From Phoronis australis (lineage: Eukaryota; Animalia; Phoronida): a DNA stretch of 53,009 bases. The stretch spans positions 1-53,009 of the forward strand of contig NMRA01000876.1 in NCBI GenBank assembly GCA_002633005.1, written 5' to 3'. Positions 24,901-36,728 of this stretch are shown here, in pieces (the first letter of the stretch is position 1; every line of letters begins with the position of its first letter). The translations under genes were made by a program, and so were the position numbers. The notes under the pieces are model-generated. The model worked only from the letters and a program-made list of their open reading frames with translations, made no database searches and had not been told where the DNA came from.

Positions 24901-25759
24901 ATTGATTGTTACAAAGACAAACAGGAACAAACACAACAGCATAACATGAAGTGTTGTATGCATTTCTGAGAAAGGAATACAAAAACACCCTTTGCATACT
25001 ATTTTTCCAATATAGAGTTTCCCCACTAATGTTGTAGAATTTTCTCTTGATCTGTTTTACTTTAGGATTCATAAAGGAAATTCAATAGATTGAGCACCGG
25101 CGCACCGTTTTTATAAAAGTATTAAAGAAATCCAGTGGTTTTGTTATCTGTTTAACTAGGGTAATCTCATCAATGGTGAGCACTGCTTTCCAAGAGGACC
25201 AGGGCTTCTACTGCCTCAGAGTGTACAGATGCTTGAAATAAGACCATCACTATGTGCAATAATTTATAGTTATTATGACATACAATCACTACTGGCGAAA
25301 ACATTGTCTCCAAATCCGGCCAGGATATCATGTCTTTGTATTGTATTATAAATTCTGGTGCAGCACCGTATTTGTGTGAATCTTCTACTATTACGAAAAG
25401 GTAAACAGATAGCACTGAAAGTAGGGATAGAGAGGAGTCAACTGACATAAAGTAGCCTATACATGAAGGTGACTCAAATTCGTCACAGAACAAAAACAAC
25501 ACTGTTAGCAGGTGCATAGGTGAGGATAGGCTAGGGTATGCACTCACTGACACTGAAGATGTAGTGACAAGTTAGGAATTACTACATTTAGGTCGAGCCA
25601 AAATTTCTACAAAATCGCAACTTCACACTTAAATTCATCGTGAATAGCTGCAAATTCAACCAGATGATGAGATTTATCCAATTAACTCAACCTTTATATT
25701 GGGTCAAAAGTCTTGATTCTTGTATTAAACCGCCGCAGTATCTTTGCTCTCACTGACCG

Positions 25760-26604
25760 ACTCGGGCCGACTCGATCAACAACAACTCAAGTTGTCTTCT
25801 CAGACATGAGCGAAACCTTTTGGAAATTTCATAAAAATCTCGGGACAAGCCTCGGGATTTTGACGAAATTTCCAAGATGCTTTGCCTGTGTGAGACTCGT
25901 GTATGATTCTTTATACATGATATACACCCATACATGATACATGTACATCGCATATATGTATATGTATAAATTATTAATTACTACTATTATTTTCAGAACT
26001 GAAAGTACCATAATGTAATCCGCAGCATGATCGACAACCTCAGTCTCCCATACCGCTACATAAGTTAGCCACTTCTAAGAATTGACATGTTGGCTAACGC
26101 ATCGAATGACACGTGCGTCTTTAGCGGAGCAAACCACGAAACATTGTTTACGTTCATAGTGGACACCGTTTTCATGGGACTGGTCATCATCGTTGGCGTT
26201 GCTGGAAACTTTTTGTCGATTTTAACATTTTCAAATATGGGAGCGGAGTCGACAACGACATCGATTATACTAACTGCTTTGGCTGTGGCGGACACGTTGT
26301 ACCTGTTTGTACACGTGTTGCTGTTCCAGTGTCTGAGATCCATTTACCAGCACACAGGACTTTTTAAGGAGTACGATGACATCAAAGGTCTCATATTTCG
26401 CTATGAACACCCCTTTGGAGTTATATTTCAAAACCTTTCAATTTGGCTTGTTTTGCTAGTTGCGGTTGACCGTTACGTCGCTATCTGTTGGCCAATCTGG
26501 GGTAGGAAATATCGGTCTTTGTCCAAAGTTAAAATCTATATCGTTATTCTAAGTGTGATCGCGACAGGGATAAATTCCCCGCGATTTTTCACGAGTAAAG
26601 TGGA
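25760..26604 (+). repeat. 846-bp-offset tandem duplicate of the GPCR 5' region (other copy 26606-27450), including a truncated GPCR ORF 26087-26604
   Basis: Near-identical sequence at a constant offset of 846. The junction is a single N at 26605. The truncated ORF stops matching after INSPRFFTSKV (TM4). Confidence 0.9.
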
Positions 26605-26932
26605 NACTCGGGCCGACTCGATCAACAACAACTCAAGTTGTCTTCTCAGACATGAGCGAAACCTCTTGGAAATTTCGTAAAAATCTCGGGACAAGCCTGG
26701 GGATTGTGACGAAATTCCCAAGATGCTTTGCCTTTGTGAGACTCGTATATGATTCTTTATACATGATGTATACCCATACATGATACATGTACATCGCATA
26801 TATGTATATGTATAAATTATTAATTACTATTATTATTTTCGGGATTGAAAGTACCATAATGTAATCCGCAGCATGATCGACAACCTCAGTCTCCCATACC
26901 GCTACATAAGTTAGCCACTTCTAAGAATTGAC

Positions 26933-27994
26933 ATGTTGACTAACGCATCGAATGACACGTGCGTCTTTAGCGGAGCAAACCACGAAACATTGTTTACGTT
27001 CATAGTGGACACCGTTCTCATGGGAATGGTCATCATCGTTGGCGTTGCTGGAAACTTTTTGTCGATTTTAACATTTTCAAATATGGGAGCGGAGTCGACA
27101 ACGACATCGATTATACTAACTGCTTTGGCTGTAGCGGACACGTTGTACCTGTTTGTACACGTGCTGCTATTCCAGTGTCTGAGATCCATTTACCAGCACA
27201 CAGGACTTTTTAAGGAGTACGATGACATCAAAGGTCTCATATTTCGCTATGAACACCCCTTTGGAGTCATATTTCAAAACCTTTCAATTTGGCTTGTTTT
27301 GCTAGTTGCGGTTGACCGTTACGTCGCTATCTGTTGGCCAATCTGGGGTAGGAAATATCGGTCTTTGTCCAAAGTTAAAATCTATATCGTTATTCTAAGT
27401 GTGATCGCGACAGGGATAAATTCCCCGCGATTTTTCACGAGTAAAGTGGAGATAAAAATCGACAACTGCACGAATAGTTCAGTTTATAGCTGGCTGTTAA
27501 CTGATTTTGGTAAAAACGAAGCTTTCAGAGTTACGTTGTTAACGGTGTATCTTACTCTTGTTTATCTCGTACCAATTGTTTTGCTGTGTTTTATTACCGT
27601 TCGATTGATTCGAGAACTGCAAGTCATCGAGCAGAAACGAATAGAGATATCAACGATATCAAACGTCGATGCAGCTGCCAAAAGAAGGGCTCACGTCAAC
27701 AAGAACTCCGCCATGTTATGTGTCATTATTGTAACCTTCGTCATTTGCCAGTTACCTCAAAGTGTTGACCACGTGCTTTATGCCATTCCAATTGAAATGG
27801 TTTATCCTGAACAAAATTATTTCGACATCATCTGCAACGCCTTGGTCGCAGTTAATTCTGCCACTAACTTTTTCATTTATGTTGTATTCGGAAAGCTCTT
27901 CAGGAAAAAGCTATTAAAATTACTGAGAGTGGATTCGAACGTAAGACTGTGTGGTGGAAATGAATACGTCGTGACAACGTCGACATATTTGTAA
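26933..27994 (+). CDS. Rhodopsin-class (class A) peptide GPCR, FMRFamide-receptor-like, 353 aa, single coding exon
   Basis: N-glycosylation sites NAS/NDT; TM1 GVAGN, TM2 LAVAD, TM3 DRYVAIC, TM4 INSPRFF, TM5 YLVP, TM6 FVICQLP, TM7 NSATNFFIY, helix 8 FRKKL. Confidence 0.92.
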   Translation: MLTNASNDTCVFSGANHETLFTFIVDTVLMGMVIIVGVAGNFLSILTFSNMGAESTTTSIILTALAVADTLYLFVHVLLFQCLRSIYQHTGLFKEYDDIKGLIFRYEHPFGVIFQNLSIWLVLLVAVDRYVAICWPIWGRKYRSLSKVKIYIVILSVIATGINSPRFFTSKVEIKIDNCTNSSVYSWLLTDFGKNEAFRVTLLTVYLTLVYLVPIVLLCFITVRLIRELQVIEQKRIEISTISNVDAAAKRRAHVNKNSAMLCVIIVTFVICQLPQSVDHVLYAIPIEMVYPEQNYFDIICNALVAVNSATNFFIYVVFGKLFRKKLLKLLRVDSNVRLCGGNEYVVTTSTYL

Positions 27995-28516
27995 CTTAAC
28001 ATCAGCAGGTCATATGAGAGAAGTGAGGAGAGAGAGGACGTAGGGGATGAGGAGGCAATAGGGAGATAGGGGTGGCGGGAGAAGAGAGAATGGACAGAGT
28101 GAGACAATATTAATTGTAAGTTTATTAAAGGTGAAAACAAGCTCGCATATAATATGACGTATTTATACTAATAACAACATAGGCCTACTGTATGTCCCGA
28201 CTTGGTGACTGGTGACCAGATGCAAATTGTGACAGCAAAAGAAAACATCGTGTTGTCTATGCATGTTGGTGTTGTTTGGTGTACGTGTTTGCGAATTATT
28301 GGAACGTCGACGAACCCGACGAGGAACCTTCGTTACGAAGTATAATACTGTACGGCTAAATAAACAGATAGTTATGAATAAGGGTAGACAGGCATATCAG
28401 CTGCCCATGCTTTGATTGAAATAGCCTGATCATCAATTGTCACCTAGCGTCAGTTGCTCCGTTCCTTCCATGTATGGTTCCTTCCCAGCTCCCCGCAAAT
28501 GTCAACGTCACGACAC

Positions 28517-29273
28517 CAGGGCAGTTGTTAGTTTGATTTTCAACCAATGGGTCTTTTTTCAGTCACTGTCTAAATGGGTACTAGATTATCCACCAAACTT
28601 AAGCTTAGGGCCCATTTGGCTTTCGGATATTTTCGTAGGTATGAATTTACCCTCGGAACATATCGAACAAATCTTGGGTGTTTTACGTTGCTACAAATGT
28701 CCGTTTGGAACACCTTCGGTATTTCCATAGCCTCAGCTATCCTATAGGAGGTGAACGTTATCTGCGTGTGCTCAGACTTCCAAACTATGACAAGTTACGT
28801 GACTTTCAATTTTGCGAATAATACGCTGACTCAAGTTTGCACACGCGAAGATAGTGTTCACGTTTTAGGTGGAATTTGAGGTTAGGAAAATACCCGAGGT
28901 GTTCCGGAGGCCTTTGGAGGTAAATGTTTTCAGTGCATGGTCACTATGGCCAATCATTCTCCAGTTTGATAATCACGCAGATTCAATTCTCCTTCGAGGA
29001 GAAATTAGATGCTACGAAAATACAGTACCCGAGTGTTTCAAAGGGTTTAGGGCCCTCAAGTTGTGCAGGGGGACCCACTTCAAAACCACAGAAACCAGCT
29101 TGTCAAAAGGCACGCGAAGCAAAATTCATCGTGATGAGGGGAGGGTGGTGGCTCGTGAATTGTGGTGGTCCGGAGGAGGGTCGAACATTTTGGTGTCCTG
29201 GGGAATGAATACTGGGTCAACTAAACTGGGTAGGTGTAAAAATTGGTCGGCAACTCACACTGGCAGTGCCCTG
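28517..29273. mobile_element. Possible degenerate non-autonomous hAT-like element
   Basis: CAGGGCA...TGCCCTG ends with aaa(c)tgggta subterminal motifs; TSD only partly matching. Confidence 0.3.
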
Positions 29274-31242
29274 CGCACTTAGGCCCTGGAACATCTAAAT
29301 CCTGGTGAACTTCACAACATTGAAAGTATATATACCATGGCGATTTCTTTTTGTTTTGCTAGTAACAAGGCTCTTTCTCTCACCAATACCTGATGGAAAA
29401 GCTGCTAGTTTTGATTCAGTAAAGCAGTGGAAGTGCAGTGATTCTCGAGCCGCTTCAGGCATCATCATGTAACAACAGTCGGTAAAGCAACCCTAATCAG
29501 ATAGCTGGGTATTGGCTAGGGTAACAATTGGTATCGTATTAGCTGCCATTAGAAGCAGCAGAGCTTGAGCATTCCGACAGTTGCTAACTGTTACTGATTC
29601 CACAACTCACTCTTTGTGGGTCATGCCAAGCTGCAGTAGGTTCGACTCGCGAATTTTGTTTGACTAAACCTGACACTGGTAGCTAATGCATGGCAGCCGT
29701 TACTTGACCAGAGGTTTTCAATTCATAAAAAGCGTTCAAACAATGGAACTGAAGAATGCCGAGTGAAAAATGTGAGGCCAATGCTAATTCATATACACTT
29801 TTAAATAAGGAATCGATAATTACATTCAGTGTAACCCAGTTTGTTAGTAATATCACAATATAAATAGCTGGCTCCCTCGACTGTGAAAGATCCGACATCG
29901 GTTTACCGGATGTTTTTCTTTAGAAAGTATGCCAACTTCCTGGTTAAAAATAGCCAGCCAACTTCCAATTAAAATCGCCGTTATAGTGCGCTGTACCAAG
30001 GGCTTCACATGCTATCAGTCACGACACAGTGTGAGCCTTAATAACTAAACCTGGAAACTGTCTATAGACCTAATTCACTCGGCCGACATTAAATTCCAAA
30101 GCGAGGCTCACTGCGATAAACAAAGCGGAAGTTGACATTGCTTGAGTTAAATGACCGGCCTTTGGAGTCCAAACTGAATATTAAATCTTAAAGATTTGTC
30201 AATAATTACCCACGGAGACGTAGAAAAATAGAGAGATCAAGTCAATGCACCAAAGAGTTGTCTGACGAAAGGGTATAAGTTTTTTTTCGGAAAACTAGGT
30301 TCGAAACATGAAAAGTAAATATGATCAAATTGCAGCGATCGTAGTGTTACGGATTAGGTATCATGCTGAATGCGCGGTTACGTTTCTTCTTGTAAATTCT
30401 TAATAAAATAAAAATGCTTTCTACACGAACCAGGTCATATGCTCGTATTGTTGACGAGTTGAAGATATATTCGACAGTAGTGGCTCATCGCATTTTGCTG
30501 TCATGAGCAATTAGTCACATCTGGTTTAATTTGTTGATCAAGAGTATTAGCTTCAAGCATAGCCTAGGCCCTGGTGAGGTAAGCACTACCGGGACTAAAA
30601 GTTGATATTTCATTGATATGAAAGAATAATTGATGTTATTAAATATATATAGATTATTACATGGCGAAGTCATTATTCCCAGTTATCTAGAGCACTAGTG
30701 GATTTTGGAGAGTTATCGCCCGAGGGCGTTATCTATTTATACCACATACTAAACGAGAAACATTGCAATGAAACGATCTACCTTACTCGAATCGCCTCGG
30801 CTTTGTAACTACTTTCTATGTCAGAGGCCCGGCGGGTCGGAGGTCGTGACCTTTTAAGAAAAGCCGAACTATTTTTGTCAAATAATGCTTATACTTAAAA
30901 TCAATTGGAAATTTAAACAAAATAGAAATGAAGTGAATCTATAAATTTAAATTAAGGTCTAGCAACTATTATAGCTTACTACACATTTTATCACGCCAAG
31001 CTTCGACCGGGAAAATATCGTCTGCTAAAGTAGGTTACCACTAGTAACTGACTATACTGCGCAAGTGATTTACAAGTGAGAGAACACGAGAGAAAAATTT
31101 CACTGAATTAAAATATCGTTTTTATGGAAATTATGCGTCTGATTTTTCATAGCGTATAAATGTCGGTGCAATGTCCTTTGCTGAACATGCGATTGTTGCT
31201 CATGCTCATTCAAGTATTCTATTTTCACGTTCGATGAGGTCA

Positions 31243-31315
31243 GCCGCTGAGTGGTGTAGTGGTAAAGGCGGCCAAGCGAAACGCTTGACGGCGGGTTCGA
31301 ATCCGGCCTCGGTTT
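31243..31315 (+). repeat. tRNA-derived sequence (SINE head or tRNA pseudogene)
   Basis: A-box-like TGGTGTAGTGG and B-box GGTTCGAATCC at tRNA spacing; the anticodon arm is not canonical. Confidence 0.55.
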
Positions 31316-31611
31316 CCCGCCAAAATGTTATTTTACTAGTGAGATAACTTTATGGGTTATTACACAGTTGTATCTGCCATTCGAGGCTAATATTGTGGCA
31401 TAAGCATTTTTATTAAGATAAAAAACCAGGCTTGCAATTGAAAATAAAAAATATTTGACCATCAATTCTACGTTCTTGGTTTTAATAATTACGTCTAAAT
31501 TTTTCAAATATCAATCTGGACCAAGTTGAATTTTCAAATTAAAACACCCAATTCTTTCGTCCAAAGCATAACTTCGTTTTACAACTCAATTTCAGTTAAC
31601 TGGACAGAACA

Positions 31612-31762
31612 CAGTGGCGGATTTAGAGGGGAGCCAAGGGAGCCATGCCCCCCCTAAAATTCTCCCAGATTCCATTTGGCAGGAGCGTGAATTTCTGACG
31701 GGCAAAATCCTGGCTAATACTCTGCCATGCCCACCCTCTACTCAAACTCCTGGATCCCCCTG
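31612..31762. mobile_element. 151-bp MITE with 5-bp TSD
   Basis: CAGTGGCGGATTTAG ... CTGGATCCCCCTG; perfect TSD GAACA at 31607-31611 and 31763-31767. Confidence 0.8.
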
Positions 31763-32972
31763 GAACAAGCATAGTTATCATGTTTCTTCAGGGACCTCGT
31801 TCATATCCGAGGGGAAAGGTGGCTGTGCGGCCTTCTGAGAGGGGAACGTTTCGCCAAGTGACGGGTCAGTGAAAAATCTACCTCCCGATCACCATCAATA
31901 GCACCCCCGCCCTGTTGCAAGCTCTCACAGGCTCTGTCTCAAGTAGCATTTTGTGCTTTTTTAAATTGTCACCTCTGTGGTTACTGGATATTTGAACCGT
32001 CGGAGAGAAATTTTCAATCACTAAGGAAATTCTTAGGCCTCGTGGGACCGGGAATTTCGCGTGATTTTTCAATATTTTTGAGAGGGGAATAAGGCCAATA
32101 TTTGGCCCCAAAATTGAGGGATTGAGCACCCTGTTCATTTTGAAAAGCAAAATGCATCTCGTTTCAACCCGTAGTCATGAAAACACAACCTGGCTGGCCG
32201 AAGATTCTCCGGTCCTCGTTGCTATAATGCTCGGCAACCGAGATGCGACAAAACATGATCTAATTTTTCGAAAACAGTTATAAATTTTACACGGACATAT
32301 TTTCCTTCGTCGCGGCGTATGGCAAGGACCCAACGCTTCCGAATCCCAACGTCCTTAAGAACTGTAAAACAGACAGTTGAGTGTCCGTATTTTTTCTAGC
32401 CGTTCGAGCAACGCGGAGGACAACTACATGTATGCGGATAAGCCAACAGAGCTATCGTAGCGGGAATCGTTTTGGAACGCGCCTCTTGTCGGCGTGAATT
32501 GGGTCTATACGTACAAATGTTATTTCTTACGTTTACACTCTTGCCCCACTTTCTCAGGCAGACACTAGATGACAACAGGTCCACCAATTCATGGCTACTG
32601 CCTGTGTTCACTCATCGACCACTCTTGGAAATTACCGTATAGTAAGTAAAGTCAGAAAGTTCGTTGTGCAGTCCACAGAATGACGGACATTGCCAAGGCT
32701 CCGTTAACTCCGATTAATGTAGAACACTTAGGTTTTGTTTCTATTCGTAAGCTATCAAGTTAAGACAAATTACTTCAAATTTTAAAAATAAGATTGCAGA
32801 ATATGTTAGAGAGTGCAGTCTTTCCATTTACCCCGAGTCGCCTGTTTACTAGCGACTGGGTACAACAGTTCAGTATCAGATCGGCTAGGATTTAGGTTTA
32901 AGTACATATTGCGAAACGGAAGGTTTCATCTACAACAGTCGTGATTGTCCGTGACTGTTTCAGCAGTCAATA

Positions 32973-33305
32973 TCACTCGGAGTATTGAGGTCTATTGAGT
33001 AGCATTACCAGACTAATTACGACGGTGATAATCACCGACAATACCAGGAACAGTCTATCGAAAACCATGGCCACTGTCTTCCAGTCAGTATCAATTTCAT
33101 CTTGCATCTCTCTGTCTTTGGCTTGGGTCTCAAACAACACACGAAGTGCACTCACATTGCTGGACATTTCGTGTAAAACTGGATTATCAAACAGGTGAAC
33201 TTTCCGGTCGATCTCTCGAGTATTGTTCTTAGATGGGAACTTCTCTTCTTGTTTACTATTGTTCATCCCAGTCAATTCTATCGTGGTGAAAGTTTTTTCC
33301 TGGGC
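32973..33305 (-). CDS. Nicotinic acetylcholine receptor-like subunit, last exon (M3-M4 loop end, MA helix, M4)
   Basis: Acceptor tttcacttag|GCC, phase 0; ...DWKTVAMVFDRLFLVLSVIITVVISLVMLL...TGA. Confidence 0.93.
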   Translation of the reverse strand, partial: AQEKTFTTIELTGMNNSKQEEKFPSKNNTREIDRKVHLFDNPVLHEMSSNVSALRVLFETQAKDREMQDEIDTDWKTVAMVFDRLFLVLSVIITVVISLVMLLNRPQYSE

Positions 33306-34337
33306 CTAAGTGAAATAAAAACAAGATGGGAAATTTTAATGGTGATTGGCAAGATCATTGCCGTCTGTATTGTATTCATATAGCAACACAATATCACACC
33401 ATTCAAACGACAATCGATGAAAACCTGCAAAAATAACCCACTACGATTGTTTCCATTTCCTTCATAATCACCATGCGAGGGGGGAAGTTAATTTTAGACG
33501 GACAATCACTTTTTGTTAATCCATTTTTGTTTTGAGAGTGACCTCAGACAGTGGTGGTAAAATACACCTTTACACGGCTAATCTTGTTACCGGCGAAATG
33601 TGAGTCCACAGATACGGCATATTTAAACAAGACATGCGAGGAAATTACGGAAATTTGTTTATTTTACTCCTGTTTACTTTGAAAAAATATACGATGTGAT
33701 GTTGAAAAGGCATCATGTCAGAATACGTTTTAATGAAACTGTTTTGCGGTTGAATCCATGTTCTGATTTTAACGAAGGTGAGGCCCAAGAGTACCTTTAA
33801 CTTGTCTTCGAGCGATGTATCAAAATGGTCTTGTTTTTGTTATTAAAACAACAACGATGGATACATTATGAATAACTTAAAACAATGTCTGAACGAACAC
33901 AACAGGAAGGAACACTGACTCCACGCTTGACTTTACTATATGTTTTCCGCAACAATTCCAACAATTTCAGCCCACAGAATGTTAAATTCATATCAGCATG
34001 TGTCCAACGTAATGCATTTTGGTTGTTTGATATGATTTCTACGGCGGTTGCTACCTAATGGAACTGGAATGGCTTTTGTCAAACCTCAGACATGTAGTTA
34101 TGTTAGTAAACCTTTTATCCAGATTCTTCTGACAACACAGTTCGTTAATAAGACACGCTATAAGCAAACTATCATTGAAAAGACATTTGTTATGAACACC
34201 ACTAAGAAATGAAAGCCGTCAACGGTTACACTGTAACTGTACAAAACCAGTTTTTCAGGTAATTTTAATGACATCTTGTATACAGTTGAAACGAATATTT
34301 AAGTCCTGAACCTGCGTGGAAATATAGATGGCAAATA

Positions 34338-35695
34338 TTTTAAAGTCTGTTCTGCAGGCCATCTGTTGGTCACATCAAGTGACCTAATGAACAAAAGTCC
34401 GAAAAGATTTTTGCCTCGACCGGACTCGAAGCCGGAACCTTCTGCTAACCCCTCAGATATTTTAGTCCACTGAGCCACCGGAACCATTGGTCGACCACAG
34501 AAATTCAATCACACTTAGCATTGGGCATTACCCCATGCTCATGGGTATATATGAATATCTAAACCTAGAGCCGGCATGAAAATAAAGATCTCAAGCATTT
34601 TAAAGTCTGGTCTCCACGCTACCTGTTGGCCACATCATGTGACCCAATGAACATCGGTCTGAAAAGATTTTTGCCCCGACCGGCACTTCAGCTATCCGTG
34701 CAGCTACTCTAATCTGCCACTGAATGATCGGTATCACTGGTCGAACACAGAAATGCAATCAGACTTAGCAGTGGGCATTCCGCCCATAAACTCGTGAGAG
34801 TATATTACTAAGTAAAATTTGAACAGGGGCAGAAATATAAATACACAAAACGTACCGAGAGTGGCGTTGATGAAGTAATATCCCACGAGACACTATTCCG
34901 CGATACGCGAAATAATGTCTCCCATACGCATCAAATTCCTATGTTTCTTTCATTTTTTTGCCAGATTTTTCAAATACTTCATTCAGACTGCTCACGTGGC
35001 GGATCACATCTTATAATATGTATGTACTTGCGCGTTAGGTTGCAAGTTTTCTCTAGTAAAAGAAACAGTTTTAAATGTAACGATTTATTAATTGAAAAGA
35101 GATAACAAAGATGAAAACATCGGTATTTGTGCATTGAACTTGTAACATCTCCTGGAAATAGTTCAATAACAACAATATTTCAAATTCTAGTTACCGAGGA
35201 ATCGGCGCCTGAGTTGCAGACGACATATTTAGCAATTAAAAACTGAGTCAGAACTGTCATATAATTGACAGTTCTGTTCCGGATGTTACGATTGAGACCT
35301 CATTGCATGTTGAGTGTTACTCACACTGTTGCAAAGGCATTACTTTTAACTATTTTCCGAAAGTTTGATGATTGAACCGACTATTGACGTCGAGTCGACA
35401 TTGACCTACCTTTTGAACTTTCCGTGTCAGAGGTCGCTGTGTTGAAGTAGTGCAGGAGGTGAATACCGAAAATATTATTACATGGCCGTATTTCCCTCCA
35501 CTGATTCAACGCGTGTGGGATAAATTGGATGTCTGTGTTTCACCAGTGGTCCTGTAGGCTCAGTAGACCAGAGTATCTTCACGGTTAGCAGAATTAAGGT
35601 AGGTCCCTGGTTTGACTTCCGGTCAGGGCAAATGTCTTTTCAGGCTTATGTTCATTAGGTCACGTGATATGGCCTACAGACCAGACTCAAAAATA
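34338..35695. repeat. Three copies of a ~190-bp tRNA-derived unit: 34338-34530 (-), 34598-34780 (-), 35532-35695 (+)
   Basis: Copy 1 reverse complement: ggttccggTGGCTCAGTGGac...ttagcagaaggttccGGCTTCGAGTCCggtcgaggcaaaaatcttttcggac.tt.gttcattaggtcac. The same elements recur in the other two copies. Confidence 0.7.
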
Positions 35696-36504
35696 TGTTT
35701 GCCATATTGAAACACTGAAGTTAACCAAAGCGTATTTATAGGTAAGGGGAAGAAATACTTGGTGTATGAGTGGGCCAGAGTTTGAGAAATTTGAATTTTT
35801 GTTTTGAATTAGCACATTTCTATGGCACCTTGGTGTATCTTGATTATGATGTGAGATCTATGACAAAATTTGATGAAAAGTATTTCAGAATCAATTTCTG
35901 CATTTGTCCTAATTTATCCTACTATTTTCTTCACAATTCCTAAATCATCATGCTCCCAGTTAACAAAGTATCAGCTGAAACATCAAGAAAACATAAATTC
36001 ATCACTTGTTTAGTATACACACCAAAACAGTGTGGGTATTAACAATTTAAAGTTGTTTTTACTAAGTGGCGGTGTTTATTTTACTCGTACTTTATTGAAC
36101 CCGGTATGCTCGTTTGAAATATTTAAGGTAGCCACCAACGTTAAAACGGGTCTGCTAAAATGCCCTGTCAATACTTTTTTATCGATAAAGACGCATTGTA
36201 CATGATCTACATATTTCAACATATTGCCATTTTCATCAAATTCACTGGCAAGTTACTCGAACATGCGCAATTTAAACGCGGCAACTTTTTGCAATTGAAA
36301 ATGACACCAATGAACAAGGTATAAAACGTTAAAAGAATACCGCCAACTGAAAGTACTCACGAAACCTTTTTCGAGTTCGTACATTTCATGGCCCATTGAA
36401 AAAAAGCCCTCTTTTTATTTTTGGTTGTTTGATGGCGCCTTGGCGCCTCTTTTCTGTTCGTGCACGAGGCAAGTCTCCTCGACACCTCTCGTTGAGACAC
36501 TCAC

Positions 36505-36728
36505 CTTGTTAAAGAGAACTCTACTCTCCTCTGCATTTTTTCGCTCTTTCCGTTCGTCCTTGCACGCGCAGTGGAAGCAGAGAAGTCTAGCTAATACTCT
36601 GAGGACTAGGATCCTCATCCACTCCGGGACCGGACGTCCTGTTCCGGCCTTGTGATGGAATTTCAGAACAACAATTGTCAGAATCGTCGACATGGTCAGC
36701 ATCACCGTCATGGCGGCAAAAAACTCTC
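36505..36728 (-). CDS. nAChR-like subunit exon (M3 and MX helix)
   Basis: Acceptor tgttccag|GA; (G)EFFAAMTVMLTMSTILTIVVLKFHHK...RPVPEWMRILVLRVLARLL...FNK|gtgagt; 224 nt, phase 1 to 0. Confidence 0.9.

Noticed and set aside
22940-25560. Exon-like minus-strand pieces (23109-23300, 24479-24688, 25170-25250)
   Set aside because: No recognisable domain, and I could not join them into a consistent spliced frame
26087-26680. Second functional GPCR paralog
   Set aside because: Truncated after TM4 at an N junction; probably a haplotype duplication
31243-31315. Functional tRNA gene
   Set aside because: A and B boxes are present, but the acceptor and anticodon stems do not form a canonical cloverleaf
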